DNA of 64,000 nucleotides, taken from NCBI GenBank assembly GCA_965242525.1, contig OZ251459.1, forward strand, positions 2,624,001 through 2,688,000, given 5' to 3'. The notes under the pieces were generated by a model, which worked only from the letters and a program-made list of their open reading frames with translations, had not been told where the DNA came from and searched no databases. Shown here in pieces: positions 40,474 through 50,320 of this stretch. This stretch comes from an uncultured Candidatus Binatia bacterium (lineage in GTDB: Bacteria > Desulfobacterota > Binatia > UBA9968 > JAJDTQ01). How positions within the stretch are numbered: position 1 is the stretch's first letter; every line of letters begins with the position of its first letter. Both the position numbers and the translations under genes were made by a program.

Positions 40474-41468
40474 TATGGTGTGCCGAGGGTCCGGGCGCGT
40501 TCCGTGAAGACCGAAGGGTTGGCTCGCCAGTCCGAATAGTCGATGCGCCCGTTGTCTGTGAGCAGGTTGATCTTCCGGTCGAGACAGGCCGCCAACGCGG
40601 CGTCCCCTGCATCGAGGGCAAAGCCGCCGCGTTCGCGTTTGGCCGGGTCGGGGTCCTGCACCGAGACCGCCAGGGCGCCGCGGGACGCCGCGCTGGCCTC
40701 GCCGTTGCCGATGTTGCCCCTCGCCACCGCGTCGATGTCTCCGTTCTTCAGGGCGGCCAGCATCTTTCCTTCCTGGTCGTAGTACCTCACTTGCGGCATG
40801 GTCGGGCCTGCCGGGGTGATGGACGTCCGTCGTTCGAGTTGGTCCGACTCCCTGGCTGCGGTGATGACATGATCCTTGCCCCCGTCCGCGGTCACTACCG
40901 CCCCTCCCTCCACCGTCACCTTCGTACCCGCGGCCAGGACCCCCTTCCCGTCGGTAAGGCCCGTCAGTTGCAGCAGCCGCTCTTCCCCGGTGGTTTCCGC
41001 CACCACGCCCACCCGGTGGGCGCTGGTCAGACTGTCGTAATCGCCGAGACGCTCCTTGTCCGCGGCGCGCACCAGCAGGGTCTGCAGGAACGAGATGTGC
41101 CCCGAGGTGAAGACTACTACTTTCTTGCCGGCCTCGTTGCGGGTGCGGTCTTCACGGATGGTGATGCCGCCGCCCACCACGTCGAACTCCGGCCGCGCCG
41201 CCTTGAGCCAGATGCCGCGGAAGGGGTCGCCGACGCCCCGGCGGGAAAAGGCCAGTCCGGCGCCCTCCATGGCCTCCAGCGCGGTGAGCAGGTCCGCTTC
41301 GTAGCCTCGATGGACGTCGAACCCGGGGGAACCCGGGGTGCGGTCCCGGCTGTAGCTGACGGGCTTGAAGTCGGAGTAGAACCCTGCGTTGAGGACACGC
41401 CCGCCGTGGGTGCACGCTTCCGACCCGGAGGCAACCAGAAGGGCAGCCACCGCGGACAGGACCGCCAT
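40473..41468 (-). CDS. ABC transporter substrate-binding protein (family 3-like)
   Basis: DFKPVSY, GYEADLL, GITIREDR, VGV...TTGE, ALKNGDIDA; start uncertain because MITEs lie at the 5' end. Confidence 0.8.
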   Translation of the reverse strand: MAVLSAVAALLVASGSEACTHGGRVLNAGFYSDFKPVSYSRDRTPGSPGFDVHRGYEADLLTALEAMEGAGLAFSRRGVGDPFRGIWLKAARPEFDVVGGGITIREDRTRNEAGKKVVVFTSGHISFLQTLLVRAADKERLGDYDSLTSAHRVGVVAETTGEERLLQLTGLTDGKGVLAAGTKVTVEGGAVVTADGGKDHVITAARESDQLERRTSITPAGPTMPQVRYYDQEGKMLAALKNGDIDAVARGNIGNGEASAASRGALAVSVQDPDPAKRERGGFALDAGDAALAACLDRKINLLTDNGRIDYSDWRANPSVFTERARTLGTP

Positions 41469-41481
41469 GAAGACGACTTTG

Positions 41482-41705
41482 GGAAACCCTGAACAATTAT
41501 CCCCCTTCGTCCTGAGTGTAGCGAAGCGAAGGAAACCCTGAACAATTGCCCCCGTTCGTCCTGAGCGTAGCGAAGCGAAGTCGAAGGACGCGCTTTCCCG
41601 CAGGGAGAGACGCCTCGAACCGGAATTGATCAGATGTTCCCGAAGTCGAAGGACGCGCTTTCCCACAGGGAGAGACGGTTCAAACCGGAATCGTTCAGGG
41701 TTTCC
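41482..41705. mobile_element. Nested MITE family A elements (inner copy 41531-41640)
   Basis: Inner copy flanked by CGAA duplication and splits the outer copy's REP unit. Confidence 0.85.
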
Positions 41706-41948
41706 CATGCTCGAAGGTTTCGTCGAGAAGATCATGCCCCATGATACACCGCGGCGATGGCCAAGTGAACACTTGGCGCGGCGTCGCGTGCCTGCCTTGC
41801 ACATGGTTGGCGACCGGACGAGGCTGTGGCCTGCGGCGGCCTCGGGCTGCCCACCGCTGCCGGAGTCCCAAAGGGACTGCGCTGTTGCACACTGAACCAA
41901 TCAGGAGTAAACTCCTGTCTGGTTAGACCAATCGGGAGTGCGCTACCG

Positions 41949-43094
41949 ATGAGTTTCCACCGACTCCTCACGATGGACTTGCCTCCGGGGCGGTCTGCGT
42001 TCCTCTGGGGGGCGCGTCAGACCGGCAAATCGACGTTCCTTCGCGAGCGGTTCCCGGACAGCGTTTACGTCGATCTGCTCGACGCCGACACCGTGTTGCG
42101 CCTCGGCGCCCGCCCTACGCGGCTTGGCGAGGAACTGCAATCCGCGCCGGCAGCCCTTGCCCATCCCGTCATCATCGACGAAGTCCAGAAGGCGCCGGGG
42201 CTGCTCGACGAGGTGCACCGGCTGATCGAGAACCGCGGCCTGTCGTTCGTGCTCTGCGGCTCGAGCGCCCGGAAGCTGAGGCGCGCGGGGGTCAACCTGC
42301 TGGGCGGCCGCGCCTGGCGCTTCGAGTTGTTTCCCCTCACCTGGGCGGAGATACCGGACTTCGACCTCCTGCAGGCGTTGAACCGCGGCCTGCTCCCCGG
42401 CGTCTATTCCGAGCCGCGTTTCCGGCGGTCGCTGGCCGCCTACGTGCGCGACTACCTCACCCAGGAGATCGTCAACGAGGGCCTGACCCGCAACCACGCC
42501 GCCTTCACGCGGTTCTTCGAGACGTTGCGGTTCTGTCACGGCGAACTGCTGAACTACGCAGCCATCGCCCGCGACTGCGGCGTCGAGGCGAAGACCGTGC
42601 GCGCCTACTTCGAGATCCTCCAGGACACGCTCGTGGGTTACCTGATCTACCCGTTCCACCGTCGCACGGGCCGCCAGAGCATCTCCGCGGCGCCCAAGTT
42701 CTACCTCTTCGACGTGGGCGTGGCCGGGCAGGTGTGCGGGAGGACCCTGACCGCCGCGGGGGGAGCGGAGTTCGGGCGCGCCTTCGAACATTTCCTGCTG
42801 CTGGAGATCATCGCCGCCCGCAGTTATCGGGAAATGGAGTACCCCATCGAGTTCTGGCGCACCAAGAGCGGCCTGGAGGTCGATTTCGTGCTCGACCGCG
42901 GCGCGGTGGCGGTGGAAGCCAAGGCCCGGGTGCGCAGCGGCGACCTGCGGCCCATCAGGGCCTTCGTGGAGGAATTCGCGCCGCGCAGGGCCATCGTCGT
43001 CACCGCGGAAGCCGACCGCCGCCGGGTCCACGGCATCGACGTCATGCCCTACCACGAGTTCCTGGAAATGCTGCACGCCGGTGAAATCGTCTGA
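41949..43094 (+). CDS. AAA_14 ATPase with DUF4143
   Basis: GARQTGKST, IIDEVQK, GSSARKL, KFYLFDVG, WRTKSGLEVDFV...VEAK. Confidence 0.88.
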   Translation: MSFHRLLTMDLPPGRSAFLWGARQTGKSTFLRERFPDSVYVDLLDADTVLRLGARPTRLGEELQSAPAALAHPVIIDEVQKAPGLLDEVHRLIENRGLSFVLCGSSARKLRRAGVNLLGGRAWRFELFPLTWAEIPDFDLLQALNRGLLPGVYSEPRFRRSLAAYVRDYLTQEIVNEGLTRNHAAFTRFFETLRFCHGELLNYAAIARDCGVEAKTVRAYFEILQDTLVGYLIYPFHRRTGRQSISAAPKFYLFDVGVAGQVCGRTLTAAGGAEFGRAFEHFLLLEIIAARSYREMEYPIEFWRTKSGLEVDFVLDRGAVAVEAKARVRSGDLRPIRAFVEEFAPRRAIVVTAEADRRRVHGIDVMPYHEFLEMLHAGEIV

Positions 43095-43167
43095 GGCGCC
43101 GGCGGCTGCTCCGAGGGACCGGGCCGATTGGCATTCCCGCCCCTCGTTTGTATAGTTGCGGGCGCCC

Positions 43168-44331
43168 ATGATGGACTTCACCCTGACCGACGAGCAGGCG
43201 CAACTCCGGGAGGAGATCGGCAAGGTCTGCCAGGACTTTGCCGACCCCTACTGGCGCGAGGTGGATGCCAAGGGCGAGTATCCGGAGGCTTTCGTGCAGA
43301 GGCTGACGGAGTTGGGCTGGCTTGCCGCGCTGGTCCCCGAAGAGTACGGCGGCGCCGGACTCGGCGTCACCGAAGCGAGCATCATCCTGGAGGCCGTCAA
43401 CCGCTGGGGCGGCAACTCCACCGCGTGCCACGCGCAGATGTACACCATGGGCACGCTGCTGCGCCACGGCAGCGAGGAGCAGAAGCGGCGCTACCTGCCC
43501 GGGGTGGCCAGCGGGGAGCTCCGGCTCCAGGCCTTCGGCGTCACCGAGCCCGACTCGGGCTCCGAGACCACGCGCATCCGCACCACCGCCGTGCGCAGCG
43601 GCGACCGTTACGTGGTCAACGGGCGCAAGGTCTTCATCTCCCGCGTGCTCCAGTCGGACCTGATGTTGCTGCTGGCCCGGACCACGCCCTACGACGAGCT
43701 TTCGGACAAGACCCGGGGGCTGTCGGTCTTCTTGGTGGACTTGAGGGACGCGGGCGGCGCCATGGAGGTGACGCCCCTGGACCTGATGATCAACCACCAC
43801 GCCAACGCCCTCGTGTTCTCGGACCTGGAAGTCCCCGTGGAGAACCTCGTTGGCGAGGAAGGGATGGGCTTCCGTTACATCATCGACGGGTGGAACGCCG
43901 AGCGCATACTGATCGCCGCGGAGGCGGTGGGGGACGGCCGGTGGTTCGTGGAACGGGCGTCGCGCTACGCCGGCGAGCGGCAGGTGTTCGGCCGGCCCAT
44001 CGGCGCCAACCAGGGCGTCCAGTTCCCCATCGCCCAGGCATATGCGCACATCGAGGCGGCGGACCTGGTGCGCTACCACGCCGCCTCGAAGTTCGACCGG
44101 GGCGAGCGTTGCGGCGCCCAGGCGAACATGGCCAAGCTGCTGGCGTCGGAAGCGGCGTGGGAAGCGGCCAACGCCTGCATGACCGCCCACGGCGGCTACG
44201 GGTTCTCGGTGGACTACGACGTGGAGCGGAAGTTCCGCGAGACCCGGCTGCTGACCGTCGCGCCGGTGAGCAACAACCTGGTGCTGGCCTACCTGGGGCA
44301 GCACGTGCTGGGCATGCCGCGGTCCTACTGA
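43168..44331 (+). CDS. Acyl-CoA dehydrogenase
   Basis: FGVTEPDSGS, NGRKVFISR, R.VFGRPIGANQGVQF, HGGYG. Confidence 0.93.
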   Translation: MMDFTLTDEQAQLREEIGKVCQDFADPYWREVDAKGEYPEAFVQRLTELGWLAALVPEEYGGAGLGVTEASIILEAVNRWGGNSTACHAQMYTMGTLLRHGSEEQKRRYLPGVASGELRLQAFGVTEPDSGSETTRIRTTAVRSGDRYVVNGRKVFISRVLQSDLMLLLARTTPYDELSDKTRGLSVFLVDLRDAGGAMEVTPLDLMINHHANALVFSDLEVPVENLVGEEGMGFRYIIDGWNAERILIAAEAVGDGRWFVERASRYAGERQVFGRPIGANQGVQFPIAQAYAHIEAADLVRYHAASKFDRGERCGAQANMAKLLASEAAWEAANACMTAHGGYGFSVDYDVERKFRETRLLTVAPVSNNLVLAYLGQHVLGMPRSY

Positions 44332-44336
44332 CGGGA

Positions 44337-44470
44337 GGAACCTCTGAACGATCGAGACGTCCGGGACGGATTCCCTCACTCTGACCCTCCTGTTCCCGTT
44401 CGTCCCGAGCGTAGCGAAGCGGAGTCGAAGGACGCTCCCATGCCCTTTGTCCCGGTTGTCCAGAGGTTCC
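44337..44470. mobile_element. MITE family A copy
   Basis: GGAACCTCTGAACGATCG...CGGTTGTCCAGAGGTTCC flanked by GGGA duplication. Confidence 0.8.
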
Positions 44471-44531
44471 GGGAACAGGACGGTCCGCCGAGGTTTCCCC
44501 CCTCGGCCCGGACCGGAGACAGGACGCCTCC

Positions 44532-45410
44532 ATGGATTTGCAACGTTCCTGGATGTTCGTTCCGGGCCACCGGCAACGGATGATCGACAAGGCATTGGGG
44601 CTGGACGCGGACGCCCTCATGCTGGACATCGAGGACGGCGTGGCTCCCGCGGAGAAGGACCAGGCCCGGCGGCTCATCGGCGAGGCCTTGGCGCGGGAAC
44701 GCCAGCCGCGGGAGCCGTTGCGGTTCGTGCGCGTCAACGCCATCGGACACCGGCGCATGGAGGACGACTTGGCCGCGGTGCTGCGCCCCGGGCTCGACGG
44801 GCTGGTCCTGCCCAAGGTGGAGACCCCGGCGGAGGTCGCCGCGGTGGAGTCCCGGGTGGCGGCCCACGAGGCGGCTTGCGGCGCCCGGTTGAAACTCCTG
44901 GTGGCCATCGAGAGCCCTGCGGGGCTGCTGGCGGCGCCTACCATCGCCTCGTGCTCGGATCGGGTGGCGGGCCTCATGTTCGGCGCCGAGGACTTCGGGC
45001 GGGAGCTGGGGCTGCCCGCGTCCCGGCAGGGGGAAGCGCAGGATCTCCTGTATGCGCGCTCGGCGCTGGTGGTGGCCGCGGCTTCGGCCCGGGTCCAGGC
45101 GGTGGACGGGGTGTGGGTGGACCTGCGAGACCCCGAAGGCCTGGAGCGCTTCGCCCTGCAGTCGCGGCGGCTGGGCTTCACCGGCATGTCGTCCATCCAT
45201 CCGTCGCAGGTGGCGCCCATCAACGCGGTCTTCCGCCCCGGGGCGGAGGAGATCGACTACGCCCGAAAGGTCATCGCCGCATACGAGGAGGCGGCCGCCC
45301 GAGGCGACGGATCGGTGGCTTTCGGCGGTCAGCTCATCGACCGTCCCATCATCGAGCGGGCGCGCCGGACCCTGGAACTCGCCCGCTCCCTGACCGACGA
45401 AGAACCTTGA
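44532..45410 (+). CDS. CitE/HpcH-family acyl-CoA lyase
   Basis: RSWMFVPG, DIEDGV, VRVN, LPKVE, IES, FGAED, IHPSQV. Confidence 0.92.
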   Translation: MDLQRSWMFVPGHRQRMIDKALGLDADALMLDIEDGVAPAEKDQARRLIGEALARERQPREPLRFVRVNAIGHRRMEDDLAAVLRPGLDGLVLPKVETPAEVAAVESRVAAHEAACGARLKLLVAIESPAGLLAAPTIASCSDRVAGLMFGAEDFGRELGLPASRQGEAQDLLYARSALVVAAASARVQAVDGVWVDLRDPEGLERFALQSRRLGFTGMSSIHPSQVAPINAVFRPGAEEIDYARKVIAAYEEAAARGDGSVAFGGQLIDRPIIERARRTLELARSLTDEEP

Positions 45411-45423
45411 GGAGGACGCACAC

Positions 45424-46242
45424 ATGCCGGAAGTGGAGAACGCAGAGAACGTCCGTTGCCTGACCGCGGCCAACCCCGGCTACATGACCCTCAAGGGAAC
45501 GAACCAGTACCTGCTGGGCCGGGGGGAGGTCACGGTCATCGACGTGGCCTTGGGCTCGGACGCCAACCTCGACGGGCTGCTGGCCGAGATGGAGGCTCTG
45601 GGCGGGACCCGCATCAGCCGCATCCTGCTCACCCACGTCCACCTGGACCACTGCGGCGGCGCGCTGGCCTTGAAGCAGCGGACGGGCGCGGAGGTGGGCG
45701 TCTCGCAGGTGCGCGCGGGCCATCTCGGTTGCGAGGACTTCACCTACGCGGAGGGAGACCGCATCGCCTACGATGGCGGGGAGCTGGAGGTGGTGTTCAC
45801 TCCGGGGCACGAGGCGGGGCATTGCTGCTTCTACGAGCCGGAGCGGAAGATCCTCTTCTCCGGCGACCACATCCTCGGCAAGGGCACCACGGTGGTGCCG
45901 GCCGGCGAAGGCAACATGGCCGACTACATGGCGTCCCTGGAGAAGCTGCTGTCGCTGGACATCCGCCTGTTGCTTCCGGGGCACGGCCCGTTCGTCACCG
46001 ACCCCCTGGGGAAGATCCGGGAGTACATCGACCACCGGGTCCTGCGGGAGGAGCAGATCCTCCGGGGGCTGCGGGAAGGGCGGCGCACCATCGGCGACTT
46101 GGTGGCGGCCATCTACGCGGACTACCCGTCGGCGTTGATGCGCGTGGCCCACTCGTCGGTGGAGGCCCACCTGCTGAAGCTCGTGGCCGAGGGACGGGTG
46201 CGCCGGGAGGGCGACCGGTATCTTCCGGGCGGCGGCGCCTGA
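45424..46242 (+). CDS. MBL-fold hydrolase (LACTB2-like)
   Basis: ANPG.MTL.GTN.Y, THVHLDH, TPGH, FSGDH, PGHG. Confidence 0.9.
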   Translation: MPEVENAENVRCLTAANPGYMTLKGTNQYLLGRGEVTVIDVALGSDANLDGLLAEMEALGGTRISRILLTHVHLDHCGGALALKQRTGAEVGVSQVRAGHLGCEDFTYAEGDRIAYDGGELEVVFTPGHEAGHCCFYEPERKILFSGDHILGKGTTVVPAGEGNMADYMASLEKLLSLDIRLLLPGHGPFVTDPLGKIREYIDHRVLREEQILRGLREGRRTIGDLVAAIYADYPSALMRVAHSSVEAHLLKLVAEGRVRREGDRYLPGGGA

Positions 46243-46316
46243 CGAAGCCGGGAGCCTGTCCGAGCAAGCGAATGGTAGCGAGAGGCAGGCAAGGGCGCCC
46301 GGGATCGGGATCCGCC

Positions 46317-47024
46317 TCAGGGCTCCACCGCTGGCCACTTTTCCACCACCATGGCCGGGAAGCCTTCCCGTGACAGGCGGGCGGCGTATTCCCTGGCCTC
46401 GGAATGATCGTCGAAGGTCCCGAGCCGGACCCGGTGGTAGCCCGCGTGGGGCTCGATGACCACCGGCCGGTCGTAGCGGCTCTCGAGTCGCGCTTTCAAC
46501 TCACGGGCCTTGTCCGGGTCCGCGAACGCCCCCAACTGCAAGGTGTAGTCGAGCCGGTCGGGGATGGCCGTGAGTTCCCGGCCGCCGGTGTCCAGCACCT
46601 CCACCCGCACCGGCGCCGTTCCCGGCCCGATCATGTCCACCGCCTGGGCCGCGGCATAGGAAAGGTCGATCACCCGCCCCTTGACGAACGGCCCGCGGTC
46701 GTTGACCAGCACGGTCACCGACTTGCCGTTGGCCAGGTTCGTGACCCGGACGCTCGACCCCAGCGGCAGGGTCTGGTGCGCCGCGGTCATCCCGTACTGG
46801 TCATAGACGGCGCCGCTGGTGGTCTTCTTCCCGTGGAAGCCGGGACCGTACCAGGATGCGATCCCCCGTTGCGAAAGCTCCACGGACGGCTCCCCGACGC
46901 CGGGCGAAGGGGCAGGCGCCGGAGGCTCCGGCGCCGAAGGCGCGCAGCCCGAAAGCAGGAAGAGGACGACCGCGGCGCAAGGCAAGGAGCCTGCGCCCCG
47001 CGGCCAGGGACGTGCAGAAACCAT
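46317..47024 (-). CDS. rlpA: RlpA-family lytic transglycosylase lipoprotein with SPOR domain
   Basis: LSGC lipobox, [26 protein letters not shown]-terminal SPOR. Confidence 0.92.
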   Translation of the reverse strand: MVSARPWPRGAGSLPCAAVVLFLLSGCAPSAPEPPAPAPSPGVGEPSVELSQRGIASWYGPGFHGKKTTSGAVYDQYGMTAAHQTLPLGSSVRVTNLANGKSVTVLVNDRGPFVKGRVIDLSYAAAQAVDMIGPGTAPVRVEVLDTGGRELTAIPDRLDYTLQLGAFADPDKARELKARLESRYDRPVVIEPHAGYHRVRLGTFDDHSEAREYAARLSREGFPAMVVEKWPAVEP

Positions 47025-47170
47025 CGCCCCCTGATTATAGCGCAACGCCGCCCGCATGGAAGCGGTACGCCCGCCGGCGCTTACGGTGTGGGGGGAATTA
47101 TGGTACTTTTCTCACAGGTCCGCGGACGAGAACCGCGGGATCCAGTCCCGTTCGAGGAGAAGGCGGCGTC

Positions 47171-47917
47171 ATGTCCGGACATTCCAAATGGAGCACCATC
47201 AAGCACAAGAAGGCTGCCAAGGACGCCAGGAGAGGCAAGCTGTTCACCAAGTTCATCAAGGAGATCACCGTGGCCGCGCGCATGGGCGGGGGAGACGCGG
47301 CCACCAACCCGCGGCTGCGCACCGCGGTGCAGACGGCCCGTGACAACAGCATGCCCAACGACAACATCGAGCGCGCCATCAAGAAGGGCACTGGCGAGCT
47401 CGAAGGGGTCTCCTACGAAGAGGTCAGCTACGAGGGCTACGGACCCGGGGGGGCCGCCTTCCTGGTGCAGGCATGGACCGACAACCGCAACCGCACGGTG
47501 TCGGACATCCGGCGGCTGTTCTCCAAGCACGGCGGAAGCCTGGGCGAGACCGGCTGCGTGGCGTGGATGTTCGACAGCAAGGGGCTCATCGTGGTGTCCA
47601 GGGACGCGGTGGAGGAAGAGGCGTTGTTGGGGCTGGCCCTGGAGGCCGGGGCGGAGGACGTGACCGAAAGCGACGACGTGTTCGAGGTCCTCACCCGGCC
47701 CGAGGACTTCGCCGCGGTGCGGGAGAGCCTCGAGAACGGGAAGGTCCCCATGCTCTCGGCCGAAGTAACCATGATCCCCAAGAACACCATGAAGCTCGGC
47801 GAGAGGGAAGCCGAGCAGACCCTCAGCCTCACCGAAGACCTCGAGGACCTCGACGATGTCCAGAGCGTTGCGGCGAACTTCGACATCCCGGCCGACCTCC
47901 TCGAGAAGACCGGCTGA
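47171..47917 (+). CDS. yebC: YebC/PmpR-family protein
   Basis: [34 protein letters not shown]. Confidence 0.97.
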   Translation: MSGHSKWSTIKHKKAAKDARRGKLFTKFIKEITVAARMGGGDAATNPRLRTAVQTARDNSMPNDNIERAIKKGTGELEGVSYEEVSYEGYGPGGAAFLVQAWTDNRNRTVSDIRRLFSKHGGSLGETGCVAWMFDSKGLIVVSRDAVEEEALLGLALEAGAEDVTESDDVFEVLTRPEDFAAVRESLENGKVPMLSAEVTMIPKNTMKLGEREAEQTLSLTEDLEDLDDVQSVAANFDIPADLLEKTG

Positions 47918-47941
47918 CGCGGACGGGGTCGGAGAAGGAAG

Positions 47942-48499
47942 ATCGTCACGATCCTGGGCATAGACCCCGGAACCGTCAAGACCGGTTGGGGCGTGGTCCG
48001 GTCGGACGGCAGCCGCCTGGAGCACGTGGCCCACGGCACGGTCCGGGCGTCTCCCGGCCAGTCCCAGGACCGGCGCCTCCACCGGATACACACGGAGTTG
48101 GCCGAAGTCATCCGTCGGCACGAGCCCGCGTGCGTCAGCCTGGAGAAGGTCTTCCTCGCGCGCAACGCCCAGAGCGCCCTGAAGCTCGGCCAGGTGCGCG
48201 GGGTGGCGCTGCTGGCCGCGGCCCAGGGCAGCGTCCCCGTGTCCGAGTACAACTCGGTCCAGGTCAAGAAGGCGCTCACCGGGTACGGGCACGCGGGCAA
48301 GGGCCAGATGCAGCAAATGGTCGCCGCCATCCTCCGCCTTGCCGACGAACCCCAGGAGGACGCGGCCGACGCTCTGGCGGCCGCCATATGCCACGGCCAC
48401 CTGAGCGCTTACGGGAGCAGGGTGCTGGCGGCCGCGGGGCGGACGGGGAGGAGCTCCCGGGGGTTGCGCTGGGGGGCGGATGCCCTGTCCCGCCGGTAG
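47942..48499 (+). CDS. ruvC: Holliday junction resolvase (non-canonical start, probably ATC)
   Basis: ILGIDPG at 47951, LEKVF, KLGQVRG, VKKALTGYG.A.K, DAADALA; no ATG/GTG/TTG upstream in frame. Confidence 0.9.
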   Translation: MVTILGIDPGTVKTGWGVVRSDGSRLEHVAHGTVRASPGQSQDRRLHRIHTELAEVIRRHEPACVSLEKVFLARNAQSALKLGQVRGVALLAAAQGSVPVSEYNSVQVKKALTGYGHAGKGQMQQMVAAILRLADEPQEDAADALAAAICHGHLSAYGSRVLAAAGRTGRSSRGLRWGADALSRR

Positions 48500-48589
48500 T
48501 CCGCGGATGCCGGGAGCCTCCGCGGGCCGCAAGGCCCTGGGGGTTTCCGGTGGAACGCCGGGCGTCCCCCGGTCGTCACGGATCCCGTC

Positions 48590-49174
48590 GTGATCGCCAA
48601 GGTTCGCGGAACCCTGGACCACAAGGAGCCGGGCGAGGTGGTCGTGGACGTCGGCGGCGTCGGCTACCAACTGTCCATCGCGCTGAGCGTGTTCTACCGG
48701 CTGCCGGAGGTGGGCGAGCCCGTGACGCTGCTCGCGTACACCCATGTCCGGGAAGACTCCCTCCAGTTGTTCGGCTTCTTCGACCCCGCGGAGAAGCAGG
48801 TCTTCGTGCTCCTGACCGGGGTGTCGGGCATCGGTCCCCGGCTGGCCCTGAACATCCTTTCGGGCATGGCGGCCGACGAGTTGCTGGGGGCCCTCAAGGA
48901 CGGCGACGTGGCCCGGCTGGTGTCCATCCCCGGGGTGGGCAAGCGCCTGGCGGATCGCATGATCGTGGAGTTGCGTGATAGGATAACGACGCTTCCGGAA
49001 GCCGCGCCGGACCCGGCCGCGGACCCGGGCGTCAGGGCCGACGCCCTGTCGGCGCTGTCGAACCTGGGGTATCGCCGCGCCGATGCGGAGGGGGTCGTGC
49101 GGCAGGTGCTGCGCAAGGGAGCGTCCGACCTGGAAACCGTGCTCAAGGAAGCCCTCCGCCTGCTCAGCCGGTAG
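48590..49174 (+). CDS. ruvA: Holliday junction branch migration protein
   Basis: VDVGGVGY, HVRED...LFGF, VSGIGP, IPGVGK, AL..LGY. Confidence 0.96.
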   Translation: MIAKVRGTLDHKEPGEVVVDVGGVGYQLSIALSVFYRLPEVGEPVTLLAYTHVREDSLQLFGFFDPAEKQVFVLLTGVSGIGPRLALNILSGMAADELLGALKDGDVARLVSIPGVGKRLADRMIVELRDRITTLPEAAPDPAADPGVRADALSALSNLGYRRADAEGVVRQVLRKGASDLETVLKEALRLLSR

Positions 49175-49207
49175 CGGACCGGCGGGCTGCGCAGCGGACC
49201 TCCGTTC

Positions 49208-50245
49208 ATGGAAAGCAGGATCATCTCTCCCGCGGGCGCCGAAGAGGACGTCGTTTACGACAACAGCCTCCGGCCTCGACGGTTCAGCGAGTACGTCGGA
49301 CAGGACAAGGTCAAGGCGAACCTGGGGGTGGCCATCACCGCGGCCAAACGGCGCGGGGACGTCCTGGACCACCTGCTCTTCCACGGGCCTCCCGGCCTGG
49401 GCAAGACCTCGCTGGCGCACCTCATCTCCAGGGAGATGGAGGTGGACATCCGGCCCACCTCGGGTCCGGTGGTGGAGCGGCCCGGGGACCTCGCCGCGTT
49501 GCTCACCAACCTCGACGCGGGGGACATCCTGTTCATCGACGAGATCCACCGCCTCAACCACGTGGTGGAGGAAGTGCTGTACCCCGCCATGGAGGACTTC
49601 CAGGTGGACGTCATGATCGGCCAGGGACCAGGGGCCAAGTCCATCAAGCTGGAGCTCAAGCGCTTCACCCTGATCGGCGCCACCACCCGTTCGGGGTTGT
49701 TGACCCCGGCCTTGCGCAACCGTTTCGGCGCGGTGTTCCGCCTGGACTTCTACGAGCCCGCGGTGCTGGCCGCGCTGCTCGCCCGGTCCGCGTCTCTGCT
49801 GGGGGTGGACGGCGACGAAGAGGGTTTCCTGGAGATCGCGCGCCGGTCCCGGGGCACCCCGCGCATCGCCAACCGGCTGTTGCGGCGGGTCCGGGACTAC
49901 GCGGAAGTCCATGCCGAGGGAAGGATCACCCGGCCGGTGGCGTGCCATGCCCTGGAGATGCTGGAGGTGGACGAGCAGGGCTGCGACAAGATGGACACCC
50001 TGATCCTGGCCACCATCATCGACAAGTTCGACGGCGGCCCCGTGGGGCTGGACACCCTCGCCGCGGCCATCGGCGAGGAAAGGGGCACCGTAGAGGACGC
50101 GTACGAGCCGTACCTGATCCAGGCGGGCTTCCTGGAACGGCGGCCCCAGGGCCGGGTGGCCACGCCGGTGGCCTACCGGCACCTGGGAAGGTCCCAGTCC
50201 GAGTCGCGCATGGACCGGGAGAAACGGCAGAAGCGGCTGTTGTGA
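49208..50245 (+). CDS. ruvB: Holliday junction helicase
   Basis: [45 protein letters not shown]. Confidence 0.97.
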   Translation: MESRIISPAGAEEDVVYDNSLRPRRFSEYVGQDKVKANLGVAITAAKRRGDVLDHLLFHGPPGLGKTSLAHLISREMEVDIRPTSGPVVERPGDLAALLTNLDAGDILFIDEIHRLNHVVEEVLYPAMEDFQVDVMIGQGPGAKSIKLELKRFTLIGATTRSGLLTPALRNRFGAVFRLDFYEPAVLAALLARSASLLGVDGDEEGFLEIARRSRGTPRIANRLLRRVRDYAEVHAEGRITRPVACHALEMLEVDEQGCDKMDTLILATIIDKFDGGPVGLDTLAAAIGEERGTVEDAYEPYLIQAGFLERRPQGRVATPVAYRHLGRSQSESRMDREKRQKRLL

Positions 50246-50320
50246 GCGCGGCGGTCCCTTTGCGCTTTGCCGGCGCAAGCGATAGCATGTCCTTTGGGAG
50301 CAAGCAGTCGGGTCATTCCC

